Of a DNA stretch of 64,000 nt, positions 49,201 to 62,300 are shown one piece after another (position 1 is the first letter of the stretch; each line of letters opens with the position of its first letter). Source of the stretch: Azolla caroliniana (Eukaryota > Plantae > Polypodiophyta); NCBI GenBank assembly GCA_043228905.1, contig JBHGNT010000002.1:25606001-25670000 (forward strand), in the 5' to 3' direction. The notes beneath the pieces were generated by a model. It was not told the origin of the DNA. It did no database searches and saw nothing but the letters and a program-made list of their open reading frames with translations. Both the position numbers and the translations under genes were made by a program.

Positions 49201-52200
49201 GTGTGCAAAATCGAACCTATATTGGAACAACAGCAGTATATTTATATTTGTACCATGCGAGTGGAACCATTTTTGCATTTCAGCATACCAACAATAATTA
49301 TCTCTACATTCCCCAGCCGTTTCAATCACATAACTACCATTCTTCAGTACCTTTGCTTAGAAAACTTCCAACTCCATTGGGTTCAGTCACTGATGCCTCA
49401 GTCACTATTGGGTACACTCCCATCTCACCCCAAATAATAACATGGGGAACCGAACAAAGAGACAATGACGCCATACCCAAATATAGGAGATTTTATATGT
49501 ACAAACATAATAATTGTTTCCTTTCTCCACAAGAGACCTAGCCCACATGTGCTCCTTTCAATCAAGTAATTTTAATTCACCAAAAAGTTGAGGTGAGCAT
49601 GCTTTTGCTCGGATAGAAGCCTTAAACCTCTTCAAGTATGCTTGGATCCCAACATTGATCCGCTCAATAACAGATAAGCAATACTGTCAATAACTCTTTA
49701 TTATTGATTACAATGTTGGTTATTTTCTGGACAGTAATTCCACTTTTTGTAAAACCCATCATGCTATTGTCTTGCATCTTGCATTGTATAGCAGAGAACC
49801 TAAGCGTGTCCTGCTCATAAGGGATAATGTAACACAGATGTAAACTTGTGTGCTTCTTAACAAGCAAATACAGATGCAACCAAATGGCTTGAGATAATTC
49901 AACAAGCTTAGTTCACTCAACTAAGGCTCTGCTTATATACATTAGCATACAAATCTAACTTTTTGTAAAACCCATCATGCTAGTCTTGCATGCTACATTG
50001 TATACCAGAGAACCTAAGTGTGTCCTGCTCATAAAGGGATAATGTAACACAGATGTAAACTTATGTGCTTCTTAACAGGCAAATACAGATGCAACCAAAT
50101 GGCTTGAGATGATTCAACAAGCTTAGTTCACTCAACTAAGGCTGCTTTATATACATTAGCTTACAAATCTAACAACAGCAGCAAACTTTCAAGATGGAGC
50201 TATCTATGAGGGCACCATCAAAATGGGGTTCTTACCCAAATGATGCTCTACCTAGCTCACCAACATAATGGAGATATTACTGATTTCCAACCCGACCACT
50301 GAATATATAGCCATCCATATGCATGGGCCATTGAAAAGTGGAGCCCACATGTGACCTAATCAACAGGGATACATGTTGGACCCTTAACTACACTTATACA
50401 TTGAACCTACAAGACATTATCCGGACATCCAGACATCCTCTGTACATTAATCATTTGAAACAAATTTCATACTCAAAAACGGAAATATAGAATCTCAACA
50501 TAAAAGTGACATTCTGTTCCGAAATGATACCTACCAATATTTACTTAGCTATATTGGTAAAAATGTTCTATGCACAACACTATTGACTATGTTAAAAATC
50601 TTAAACATTGCTGTTAACTCAACAACACTATAGATACATAATTTATAATTTATAATCTCAGATATAGATGTTTGAAAGTTTACAGAAAAAATATTAGTTG
50701 AGCTATAGTGCAAAGAGAGCAGCAATGTAAAACACTTATAACAGAATTCTTGGCTTGATAATATGTATGCATGAACACTTGACGTACCTTCAGCTCACTC
50801 CTATGTAACATTATTTACAGCAAGTACTCATATCAAACAAAATAGTGTAGGCACACACTAATGAACAGCAATAGATGTTATGAAACATCCTATAGTATTA
50901 GGTAGAGAGAATTATGTGCTTTGAATTGATATAAATAATAAAATTTGACAAAATATTTCATATCAAAACTCCAACTGCAGTCTACCTTAGCAAGTTTAGT
51001 TCACTTACAAAATTGGACACGTTGATCTGGTAGCTGAATCATTTCCGCTAAGAGTAAATCGATCTCCCACATGGAGTGTTTCACTTGGCTTTTTCTTCAG
51101 ATACGTCATCAGCGCACCCATTCCTATGGATTTGTTTCCTATAAGATGATTCATGAGTACATAAATGCTGCAAAGGAAGACGTTATTCTATCAAAGTTTA
51201 GACAGCCTACCCACATCCACAAATACATCTGCATGAAGAGAACACCAAAAAGAAACAGATATCAGCGAATAGTATTAGAGCAAAGAGAACAGAAAAATCT
51301 ACCCTAATGACACCGAAAATACAGTACACTGTGGAAGCAATGTAATAAAGTTTTCTAGGATTTTTCTATGTTTCTTCAAGCATCCGGGAACATGCACCAG
51401 CACAATATGAATTAAAATGTTGTTGGGTCATTTTAAGTTTTGTTGAAGAAAACAACATTACGTCTGCTGTATCAAACAATGCAACTTTTCTAAAAAATTG
51501 AAATCCTTTAGAATATGAAATAACAGTACGAACTGTTAGTTCTCTTCCTGAAAGCAGAAGAATACGTGAGCTAACTGTCTTCTTAACAAGCATGAGTCAT
51601 CCATGTACTCAAATTCTTGTAATTTGTACAGCTATAAGAAATCAAAGCTGTGCAAATGAAACGGTTTTTGATGGAGAACAGCTATAAAATCTGACAATCT
51701 ATCCTCCACAGCAACATTTTCAATAAACTCTTCAGGTTTGACCCGTAAGTATAAAACCAAGTATGCAAACAACCGACCAGAAGAAGCTGACCAAATAACC
51801 TAGAAATTATGTTTCATAGCCTGTTTGCATGCTTACCTGTTCCACCATTGAAAGCACAAAACGGAAGTTTTGAATCAACGAGTTGCAGTTGAACTGTCAA
51901 GGCCATTTCCTCCAGCACCTGAGAAATAATGACATATAGTGTTCCAAATTCCGAAGTCATACTTTAAAAAATGAAGGTACATAAAGTTTCCTCAGACTAT
52001 TGTTAGAAACTAAATCAACCACGTTATATTTCAATAGTGGACAATCACTCTAATGCTGGTTGATTTAATGCCACACAACGCATGCCCACCTATTGATAAA
52101 GTTGGAAGATAAATGTTTCCTAGGTGGACCATAATGGCTGGAGATTACCACATGAATGAAACACATTCCTGCAAACAAGTTTCCTACCACATTACTAATG

Positions 52201-55200
52201 AAGTGAAAAGCTATCATCAGTGTCTATATCAAAATTTGAGATCCATAATTCTCTCTATTGTTGATACAATTCAAATATAAAATTAATTCGCAAAAGACTA
52301 TCATCTATATGGATCATACCCAGATATGTGAGTTTAAATTTATTGAAATGGATGAACAAAGGAAACATCAACAATTTCCATTACGCAATGAAATGCAAAA
52401 CCATCAAGATACCTCATATATGGTTGGTTCTTTGGGAAGAACTCCAACAGCTCTTGGTTTCCTTATGATGTCAACAGGAACTCGTAGCCGGGCTGCAGCA
52501 GATTTTAATGCCAACTCTGCATCATTAAGAAGTTGTTCTATATCTTCTTCTCGCCATTCCAACATATCCTTAGACTTCCAAAACTCATCTTGAACAAATT
52601 TGAGATGATAATTATCATTCACTTCAAGCAAATAATTGCACTCGCCCCCAATGATATGGAAACGAGAAGTTATTTCATGAGGCAGACAAAGATCTTCAAA
52701 AGCAGCAAGCAACCCTGCAAATCTAGTTTGAAACCTTTCTGGCTCTCCTGGATAGCCTACATCAATCAATTGAATTTAAGAATGTGCCATAACCTCTTTG
52801 ATAATAAATAATCACGTGTTCATCAAGAACGGTATCATGACCACAAATGCCATAAATGTCAAATTAGAGACAGTAAGGATTATTGCTCCACCTGCTGCAG
52901 TAACGATGGCAACATGAGCACCATGTTGCATCAACTTAATTATATGATCTATCATCTTATTATCTCGTTCAATGTGGTGTCCATCTGCATATAATGTGCC
53001 ATCAGCATCAAAGGTGATTAAAGTTAAATTTTCTGCAACAGCATGGACCTATCACCGCCAGCGATGTAGGAAGTCAAGAAAGACCCAAAAGGATTAGAGG
53101 ACGAAAAAATGGCAATAAAACATACAAAAGCGTCAGGTACCTGAGCAATATTCAGAACATGACGAACTTCAGCAAAGTTAGGAGGCACATACTTTCGTCG
53201 TGAAAGTGAGGAAAATTGATCATATTCCTGTAATGCCTGCACCAAAGGGAGCTGGGAGTAAAATCGCTCAACTGAAGGTACAAGCCTCTTAAGAGTGCTG
53301 CGTCTTGGATCCTCAAAGTGCTCCCTAACCCACCTTTCCATCTTCTCCATGACCTGAAGAGAGTTTTACAAAAGACTTATCAGCGAAAGTCTGGTAGGAA
53401 TGAATAGTTCTCAAGGTTTCAAGGCCATTTCATGCAGCAAGTAGGCAAAAGATTGATTATTCAAGCCGTTTTACTTGCACATGGTGTTCTCCTACACAAT
53501 ATTATCTCAGTTCAGAAAATTCACAAATGCATCCCGTTTTTTGTTTAAATTCACTCTCGTATGAAGAAAGAGACAAAATACAACCAGTAGGAAAATGTGT
53601 GTCAACCAACTACTGTTCATAATGCATTGTTTAATGCTGACTTGGCTCATTCATAACTGTCCTCAGATCGGAAAGTCATAAACCATACAACATATCATAC
53701 GATGGGACCTTTGTTGAAAATCTTCAACCAGAATATGTTCATTAATCGCTCGCCATTGAATCCCAAGACATTGAGTTATTTTCTTTCAGTTGCTGCTACC
53801 TATAATGCTACTAACACCTACTAAAGTGTAACATTTCTATTTGACGAAAATCCTCACCACCAAAACAGTAGAGATTGAATCTTCAAGCAAACCAAATGTC
53901 TATGAAACAAGCATAGACATAAAACAATGAGCCACTGATTACTATCAATTATAAACCATTCAAAACGAATCCAGCCTCCACCATGTCAAGATACATGAAG
54001 TAAATATTGACAGACATCTCTAGTCTCGTAGAAACATCTCTAGCAAGAAACAGACAATTTGGATTTTAAGGTTCTACTTCAAATGAAGCATGGACTTCGC
54101 ATTGGATAAAAAATTTGGTTTTCTGCAAGGATAGAATCAGATAATCCAAAGTGAATAATGTTTACATCTTCCAAGAAACACAAACGCAATGCTACCTGCT
54201 TTACTCTCAGAGTTCTCCACAAGTACCATAGAGAGGCAGCTAAGACAGCTTGAATAAATATCATCATGGTTACAAATCAGAAAGCTATTCAGAATCCCAT
54301 TGCTTGGATTTCTAGGTATATGTATATTCATTGCGTCTTAGAGTAGTCACTGATTTAAAGTGTAGAATATCTTAAACTCATGGTAAGTGTTTGTAACAAA
54401 AGATGCAGAACAACACAGCTTGCATAAATGATCGCTGCAAAGAATAAATCAAGGCTCTTCGAAAGAAGGAACCAAATTTCTAGCAATCTAGGTATATACA
54501 TATCATATGCCTATAGATAGGTTAAAATATATTTCTCTCATTACCTCCAACGGCGAATGTGTGGCATGCATGGAAATGATGAACTCAATGAGGCCATCTT
54601 GTTCCTTGAGGCGACCTTTTCTTCTCAAAACGTGAGCATCAGTAACACTACCTGCTCTGGATATTTGAGCATCCTCCAAAGCTTCTGTGCTGAGAAGCAT
54701 GCTCCATTTTGGCTTATACTCGGTCATGAGAACAGCTGATGGAAGACTCCCTGCAACTGCACCAGAAGAAACGCCAGTAGAAGAAGTGCCTCTTTCTCCA
54801 TCAGCAGAAGAATTGCAAACTTCTTTTTTTACTTCAGCAGAATGTGCAATTCTGTCTTTGTAAGCAGAAGGTACAGTTGCCTTGTTAGAAGACCAAACAT
54901 TTCTTCCTTCGGCGTGATCAACGGTCTCATCCTCTATAGTCAAAAAGTTTTGTTCTTCAGCGGAACCAAAGTCGGTTCTCTCATTGTCAGAATAAAAGCT
55001 TTGTATTTCAGCAGACGATATCCCTGTATATTCATCGGAAGAAGAAATGCTTTGCTCTTCAGCAAGCGGTGCAATGATAGATGTGGTGGAAGAAGGAGAA
55101 GGAGATGCAGATGGAACAGCAAGAGAAGCTAAACTGCAAGAAGAAGAAGAAGAAGAAGAAGAAGATAGGGCAATTTGCACCGGCGCAAAATTGTTGTATC

Positions 55201-55705
55201 CTGTCTGATCGTGAATATGGTTGAAGCCAATCATTGCGCAAAATAGTGGTGAATGATATTTTCTGCACCTTATGATGTATTTGTTGCTGTGACTGGAGGG
55301 GCACGGCATAACAGAAGAGGAAGAAGACATCTGAGGAGAAAACGTGTTGATTCGTTCCATGTCACCACTGAAACTGAGGCTAGCACAGGTATTATTATAC
55401 GTTTTCATGAAGGAGAGCTGCCAAGCTGAAGAAGATGGGAAGGAAGAAGAAAGAGCAGGAGCATGCGGGCGAGACATGGTGAATCCGGCGGCGGCGCCAT
55501 CACTGAAGCAGCAGGCTCTAATGGAGAAGGAAGAAGCAGCTGCGCAGTTCTTGTGGTGGATGAGATGATCGGCGGGGTAGTAGCCGGAGATCGGAAGTGG
55601 TGGAGGTGTAGAAGGCAGGAAGCGGCGTTTCCTGCAGGAGAAGCGGCGATGGTGGGGAGGAGGAGGAGAGGCGGCGAGGAAGGGAGGGAGACAGAAGGAA
55701 GCCAT
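46256..55705 (-). CDS. ISN1: IMP-specific 5'-nucleotidase (ISN1 family, HAD superfamily) with a long N-terminal extension, 8 exons
   Basis: Exons 55705 (alternative in-frame ATG 55783)-54545, 53353-53141, 53048-52892, 52756-52413, 51918-51837, 51228-51211, 51138-51009, 46346-46256 splice in frame with GT-AG introns. Motifs: RRKYVPPNFAEVRHVLNIAQ, HAD motif I ITFDADGTLYADG, VAIVTAAGYP, GGECNYL, LPFCAFNGGTDVFVDVGNKSIG, TLHVGDRFTLSGND, WVANPEET. Confidence 0.88.
46565..46833. repeat. Near-perfect 133-bp tandem duplication in the last ISN1 intron
   Basis: ccatggttcactcaacta...caccaacactccc starts at 46565 and 46698. Confidence 0.92.
47936..48400 (+). mobile_element. Second, shorter 3' fragment of the same LINE family, antisense within the last ISN1 intron
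   Basis: Highly similar to 42222-42660 (KTCKVCNEGMVEDECHLLFTCSTYSAIRSRY...RDFVLQCMNTP). Ends in ctctaattctaagtctaa. Confidence 0.85.
49742..50172. repeat. ~216-bp tandem duplication in the last ISN1 intron
   Basis: actttttgtaaaacccatcatgcta...acaaatctaac starts at 49742 and 49958. Confidence 0.9.
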
Positions 55706-55774
55706 GTATGTGGTGATTGATGATGATGATGGCAGGAGACAGACATCGCCATATCTGGGGTTTATCGCGTGTTT

Positions 55775-56045
55775 TACATACATACATACTAAAATGTGTA
55801 CATACGAGTACTAAAATGCATGTCTCATCGTCATCATATCCATTCATTCCCATACATACATTGCCATACATACACACACATACGTTCCCATACATGCACA
55901 TTGCATACACGCATACGTATGTAATATGTACATTTACATACATGCATACATACATTCACACAAACATACACACATATGTATGTACACATATGCACGCCCA
56001 CGTATATGCGTTCATACATACACATTCAGGCATACATACATACTT
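55775..56045. repeat. (CATA)n/(CA)n low-complexity tract at the ISN1 5' flank
   Basis: Degenerate cata/caca repeats. The overlapping ORFs are repeat translations. Confidence 0.85.
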
Positions 56046-58289
56046 CTCCGTCCCTACTACACTACACCACCACACATGAGCTTACTTTGCTCTGCGCAGA
56101 GTCTCCTCCGTCGTGTTATGCACACTAGCGATGGGCGGTGTCGAAAGTGGCATACACCGCTCCAATTGCGCCCAAGCTTTACACACAAAAGGTCCATGAG
56201 CACAGAAAGTACAGTATGCCCCTTGGTAGATGGTTGGTCGATGACCACCTTGTTTGAAGTAGGATTTTGTTGTTGTGTATTCCATCCTTGATGTGTGGGG
56301 TGAACCATATTCTAAAGCCTAAGGTCGGACCAAGTCTATGAACTCGGAACAATTGTTAGACATTGTGGATGGGATGAGCCCAATCAGTACCAAATGTTGC
56401 AATGAGGATGGCTTGGGCATTCAGTATTGCATGGTTAGTACTCTTAACTAGTGGGAAAAGGAGTACATCAAGCTAGAGAACTCATGAAGACACTAATTAG
56501 AGAACCCATGAAGATGATCCAAAAAGGCACGCTTTCAAATTATACAAACAAGGATCTCCGTATATAACACGGCTAAGATTAACAAGATTGGTATTTGATA
56601 GTCCAACCCAAATGAAAGAGATAAACATATGCCACATTGAAAACCCGAAATGGATGTTCATCATACTTGATTTAAGTAAATATAAGAGGATTCCATGGAG
56701 ATTTCCTCAATTAAACGCTTGTAACTATGAGATATGAAGAGAATAGCCTGAAGTGGTGATGCACACGATTCATATGCAAATAGATGTGAGACCACTCGAG
56801 AAGAGGTCTTGACCAAATACATCCTCACTATGCTCAACAAATCAAGGAGGAATCCTGGTATACCCCATAGAACACACACCTTAGGTGTCTAGTGTCCACT
56901 CATGGGCGCAACAAAGAAAAATGTTAAGGTCCAAATCTGTATTTGAATTTTCAGAATAAACGAGGCCACAATTATCAACCATTACCCATATCCATATGTA
57001 GACCATTTATTAGAATGTGTGACATCCAAGGAAACCTATTGTTTTTCCATTGGATTCCCTGAATACAAGCAAATACCAATGTGAAGCATGGAAGGCATGG
57101 TTCACTATAGCACCACTTATCTAGTACCATACAAGGATAAGGGTTCCATGCTCACACAAACAAGGATAAGGAGCACCATTTCACCTTAGACATGAGAAGA
57201 TGGATTTCCCAATAACATTTGCTACTAAATCCACAACATTGGACTCTAATTATTGGCAATGACATTGGCCTAGCATGATGTAAGTTGGGAATGGTTTGAT
57301 GTTGATTAGAGAATAATCGTCCACTACATCTAAAGATTATGCCATCATGACACAATTTGGGAATCTTGAACATCAAAGTGATGGATATTTGTCTCTAGCC
57401 CACATCCAAATTTGTGATTGTAGCCATAGAATGACTTACCTCTTTGTCTCAAGAAAGATATTTCTCTTTCTTACAAGATAGGAGCATCTTGCTTTCTCAA
57501 ACGGTAGGGGTAAACCTTATTTTTGCGTATGTATTAACCTAGTGGATAACATTTTCATCATGCTCACACATACATCAGCATCTAGATACCATTGACATTA
57601 CTCCAACATCTAACTAGGTTTCCAATCATTATCATGTAAATCAATAGCAAATTGGTCCATATGATTTGATTATTGTGGAAGCAACTCACATGTAAACAAT
57701 GCAAAATCAAACACATTTTTATATCACAAACAACCAGAATATGATGCATTGGCATTTGAATGGGAGCACCCTACTCACACATAAACATACCTTGGGACTT
57801 ATAATGACCCTCACTTGAAGGCCATTTAGTTGTATCACTTTATGCTATCTTTTTCAAATTACATTTTTCAACTCTAATCAATCTGTTTCTTCCATCTCTA
57901 GAACTTGGGAGTATAAGCATAATGCATTATACAGCTTCAATTGTAGGCATTTGGTTTATGTGTAGACATTTTGTTAATTACTTTCTTGCATCATACGATA
58001 CAGGCTATGCTGTCATGTCCCACCTCCATGATGCTCACATCCTTTTCACTGCCTGTGAGCAGAATTCTCCATCCACTATGCATTTGTAAGGTTGATAAAC
58101 ATAGATCCACATGGATGCCCTACAATTTCAAGCAGACCCCATTCACATAGGAGGTGTGGTGCTAATTTGTCATCTTATCACACATTCCATAACCATCATT
58201 ACAATACTTGTTCCCATCCTAGATCTCAAGGATCACAAAACTTCAAACAAATAAAAGAAAACACGATTCAATGCCAAAACATATTTGTC

Positions 58290-58827
58290 CAAGTTTATAA
58301 ACTAAGGGCACATTAGAATCTAATATGCATTGCAATAGAAACTGTACTGTTCAAGAATGATGAAACGAAAGAAACACTACAATAATTGAAGGAAACCATA
58401 AGATAGATCAGTCGATTAAATGTCAAATAAATGTCAATTACAAATTTGAACAAACACCAACTTCAGCATTGAGTTGGGAAGAAAAAAGGTTAATCATTAA
58501 TTAATTACAGAGTTATGCAATTTCCTTCAGTGATTGACTATTTCTTTCGTCTTTCTTTCAAGTTTATAAACTAAGGGCACATTAGAATCTAACATGCATT
58601 GCAATAGAAACTGTACTGTTCAAGAATGATAAAACGAAAGAAACACTACAATAATTGAAGAAACCATAAGATAGATCAGTCGATTAAATGTCAAATAAAT
58701 GTCAATTACAAATTTGAACAAACACCAACTTCAGCATTGAGTTGGGAAGAAAAAAGTTAATCATTAATTAATCACAGAGTTATGCAATTTCCTTCAGTGA
58801 TTGACTATTTCATTCGTCTTTCTTTCA
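58290..58827. repeat. Near-perfect 269-bp tandem duplication downstream of the TRF4-like gene stop
   Basis: caagtttataaactaagggcac...cgtctttctttca starts at 58290 and 58559, with only a few substitutions and indels. Confidence 0.93.
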
Positions 58828-59302
58828 CCTCGAGTGGAGCACTATTATCACAAAAACTAAAGCATTGATAAACAAGGTAAGCAGCATGGTAACCAATCGC
58901 TGGAATGATATGATGAAAGTGGATTGAAGCACTTGCCTCAAAAGGAAAAAGCACATAATGGTAGACACAGTTCCACTATCGTCCCCAACAAAGCATTCAA
59001 TGTCTAAGAACATTTCTGCCACTATAGATTCTCACTGATTAAATTTGTGACTGATATGAAGCCTGTTGACACTTTGCTTGACTAATTAATCGGCACAGGA
59101 GATCAGATCTATCGTGAGTGAAAATTACTCATTGCAGTTTTTCTTATATTTACAACATTGCGGGGCATGAGTCCATCCATTTAAATCCTCTCTTCAAATA
59201 TACCTCATCCAGAAGACTCAGATTCCTAAAAGAATGGCTGATATCATCTCTACATGAGAAGACAATTTGAAATAAAAAATGAAATCGGAAGATTCTACAA
59301 CA

Positions 59303-62300
59303 TTAACTTTGTTTCTTTTTCTTTTTAAAAAAGAATTTCCTTCGTGCATTGTTCTCCTTTCTCTGTTCTCTTTCTTCAAGGAAATATTCTTCCTTATTTT
59401 TCCAAACTTTTTTTCTTTTCTTTTTAACAGTATTCTCCTTGGGGCTATGGATTTCTTTGTTTTTTCTTTTGTTCTTTTTCATAAATTTCTTCTTTACTTT
59501 CTCTTGTTCAAGGTTTGTCCCACGAGGGAAAACTCTTTCTTCTGTAAATGAAGATTGATCCAGCTGATTATCGTGCCAATGACTGGATATATCATTAGAT
59601 AAATGTGACCAATAAGATTGTTTTCTTCCTTCTGGTACCAGACCAATCATATTTTTCCTTCCTGCAAGTTTCTCATCCACTCTAACAATGCGTGACAGCA
59701 AACCAGCTCCCAATTTTTTGTCATTGAAATTGAGGTCTGTTAGAGCCCTGTGGGCGAGCATGAAAGCAAACCGCACCTGTTGAGTACAAAATTAAGAGAA
59801 TAAACTTATGTGTTATTCTTCATTAGAAATTAGAATAAACTCTCAAGAGACTGAAGCAACATTTCATAGTGAGCTATCACAGTTGCTGAAATACACTTCT
59901 GTGAAAGTCATAGATTTAGGATTTTTGCATGAATACAGATTTTTGCTCATTTTCATAAATTAAAATGATCTTGAAAACTAATATCTCTCATAAATCTAGT
60001 TCTATCAAAAGCTAGACATTTGGTTGGGTTACTCCATGTATCAACGCCTAATTGAGATGCATGAGTCAAATTCTGACCCGTTATTGTAGAAAATGGGGAT
60101 CCCACAGTGGAACTGATGAAGGGGCATTGACATGGTCCCAGCAAGGTCTGCCTCCTGCTCATGGTCCCAGTAAGGTTGGTCAAGCCGAGAAAGATGCTCT
60201 GGAAGGAAGCAGCTATCCAAATCCACACTGGTGCATGGAGGCATTAAAAATGAGTCACATAGGGGAAGTATACGGGGACGTGCTGCACAGGCAACCACAC
60301 CCTGCCACAGGGAGAAATCTAGATAGACCATGTGATGTGTATGTGATCTGGGAAGTGCAGTTGGCCAAAGACATTTCCGGCCCAGAAAAGGTTAGAGGTA
60401 GCTTGTTGGGTGAGCGGCTGAATACCCTAAAAACGAGCATACGTATTACAGGGCGGTGTGGCTGCCCGAAGATGCTTCAGTGATACGTGTGTAAGATACC
60501 AAAGGCCCCAGAAAAGCTGAGTGAAAGTAGCTCTGAGAAAGTCAATCACATGGAGAAATCCCAATGGACCATGTGATATGTATTTGCGATCCAGGTCCAC
60601 ATGGCAACCATATAACAAACATTAAGGCCCAGAATATTGGGAGCAAGCCATTGATTCTGAGAGAGAAGGATAAATAGTGGCTGGATGAATGCGATATATT
60701 CTGAGAAAAGAGATCACGGGCAGAAATTACAGAAAGAACCAATTGAGGATTTTAACTGCAAAATTGAGAACCAACCTATACATGATAAATAACAGCAAGC
60801 ACAGATATCAAAATAACCAAAAAAGAGGATGGAATCACCCTGAAGCATTAGAGAGTGATTGCCTTCGCAAATAGAACCTATAAACTTATAAAGCGCAAAA
60901 AACACATCTCTGACTGGTGTTAAAAGAATGAGGTGCTGAGGCAAACCAATTGTAACTTGTTGCAACCATCACAATAATAGTTTGTCCAAGGAAAAAGAAG
61001 TCACACTGTCTATGAGGCATTCTCTCAGGGAGAGACATATCTATGCGCTAGAAGAGGAAACAAAGAACCTACCAAACCAAATGTGAGAGAGGTGAAAAAA
61101 GGGCTCATGATTGGACTTGGTCTGGATTTCATCAGTTGTGTTCGCAAAGAGGGCAACTTTTGAACCATAGGCATTGAACCACAACCACACTAGCTCAGTG
61201 TCCTGTTCTTACTTGTACCCTTTCAGAAATTCCACAGCCTGCTCCAACTAGATGTGGAACAACTTGATTCCTAAATATGAAAAATGTCCTTTAAAAAGAA
61301 ATAAAAAGAGCACTATATAACTCTGGTCATGAGAGCCCATGAGTCTCTCAATGCATGTGTATCTCTAATAAAAAATCACTAATCCTCTTTGATGATGCTC
61401 TGCCTAGGGGAGTTGTAATGTCTCATTCATATATATCATGTTATGCCAATAAGTAGCGTAGTGTACCTATGCCTCCGACATTATAATGTATCCTCTCTTC
61501 TGGGATACCAACCAATCTCCCCCTCTAGCCAAGATACCTTGAAAACTGTACACTTACCATAGACATGCGTCGACACCCACTAATCATAAAATACTACGAT
61601 ACCAAAATTTGAAGATCCACAAATGAGAACGTATTATAAAAGTTCAGGACCATACCTTCTGAAAATTGAATGAGCTTTTAGCAATATCACTTGATGGTGC
61701 CTGCCACGGGAGTACATGCTATTAAAAGTGTCACTCCAAAGAAAATTTTCTCACAATGTAGTATATTTCTTACTTGAGGATCCTCAACAGTCAGCATCAA
61801 GGGTTTCCTTGAATCAAAAAATCTGCAAGTGAAGAAATGTTCTTTAACTAACACTATCCAACAAATTGCATAACCCCTGATACTTTGCAGTGAAATCCAT
61901 GGCAGAATTTCATGAAACTCAAGCGCTAAATTGTACTCTAATAGCCATAATTAGGGTAACTTAAAAACATTACCCTCGTTCTTTTTTCTTGAAAAAATGG
62001 CCTCCATCTCTACATGATATGCCAACATCTTTTATATTAAGTGATCGCCCATAAAACTCGAAAAACTCCACCTGCATCAGTGCTTTACCAAAACATTTAA
62101 CTAGTGGCAACAAATCCATCTCAAAATGATGGAACCAAGAAAGTAATGAAAAAGAATCATGTGAGGAATCTTGAACTCTGAAACTACTTTTAATGCACTC
62201 GGGTCTTTGATGTTTCAACGAGAGGGTTTTAGTAATATTGGAACTTCTAGACCGTATTTTATACCATCAAAATTTTCAATTGGAAAATCTCAAACACAGA

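Noticed and set aside
51085-51100. Apparent frameshift in ISN1 exon 7
   Set aside because: Recounting the homopolymer (five A on the minus strand) gives in-frame YLKKKPSETLHVGDRF, so the gene is intact.
56050-57400. Possible L1 zinc-finger remnant (…GPFVCKAWAQL…) upstream of ISN1
   Set aside because: The similarity is too weak and fragmentary to call without a search.
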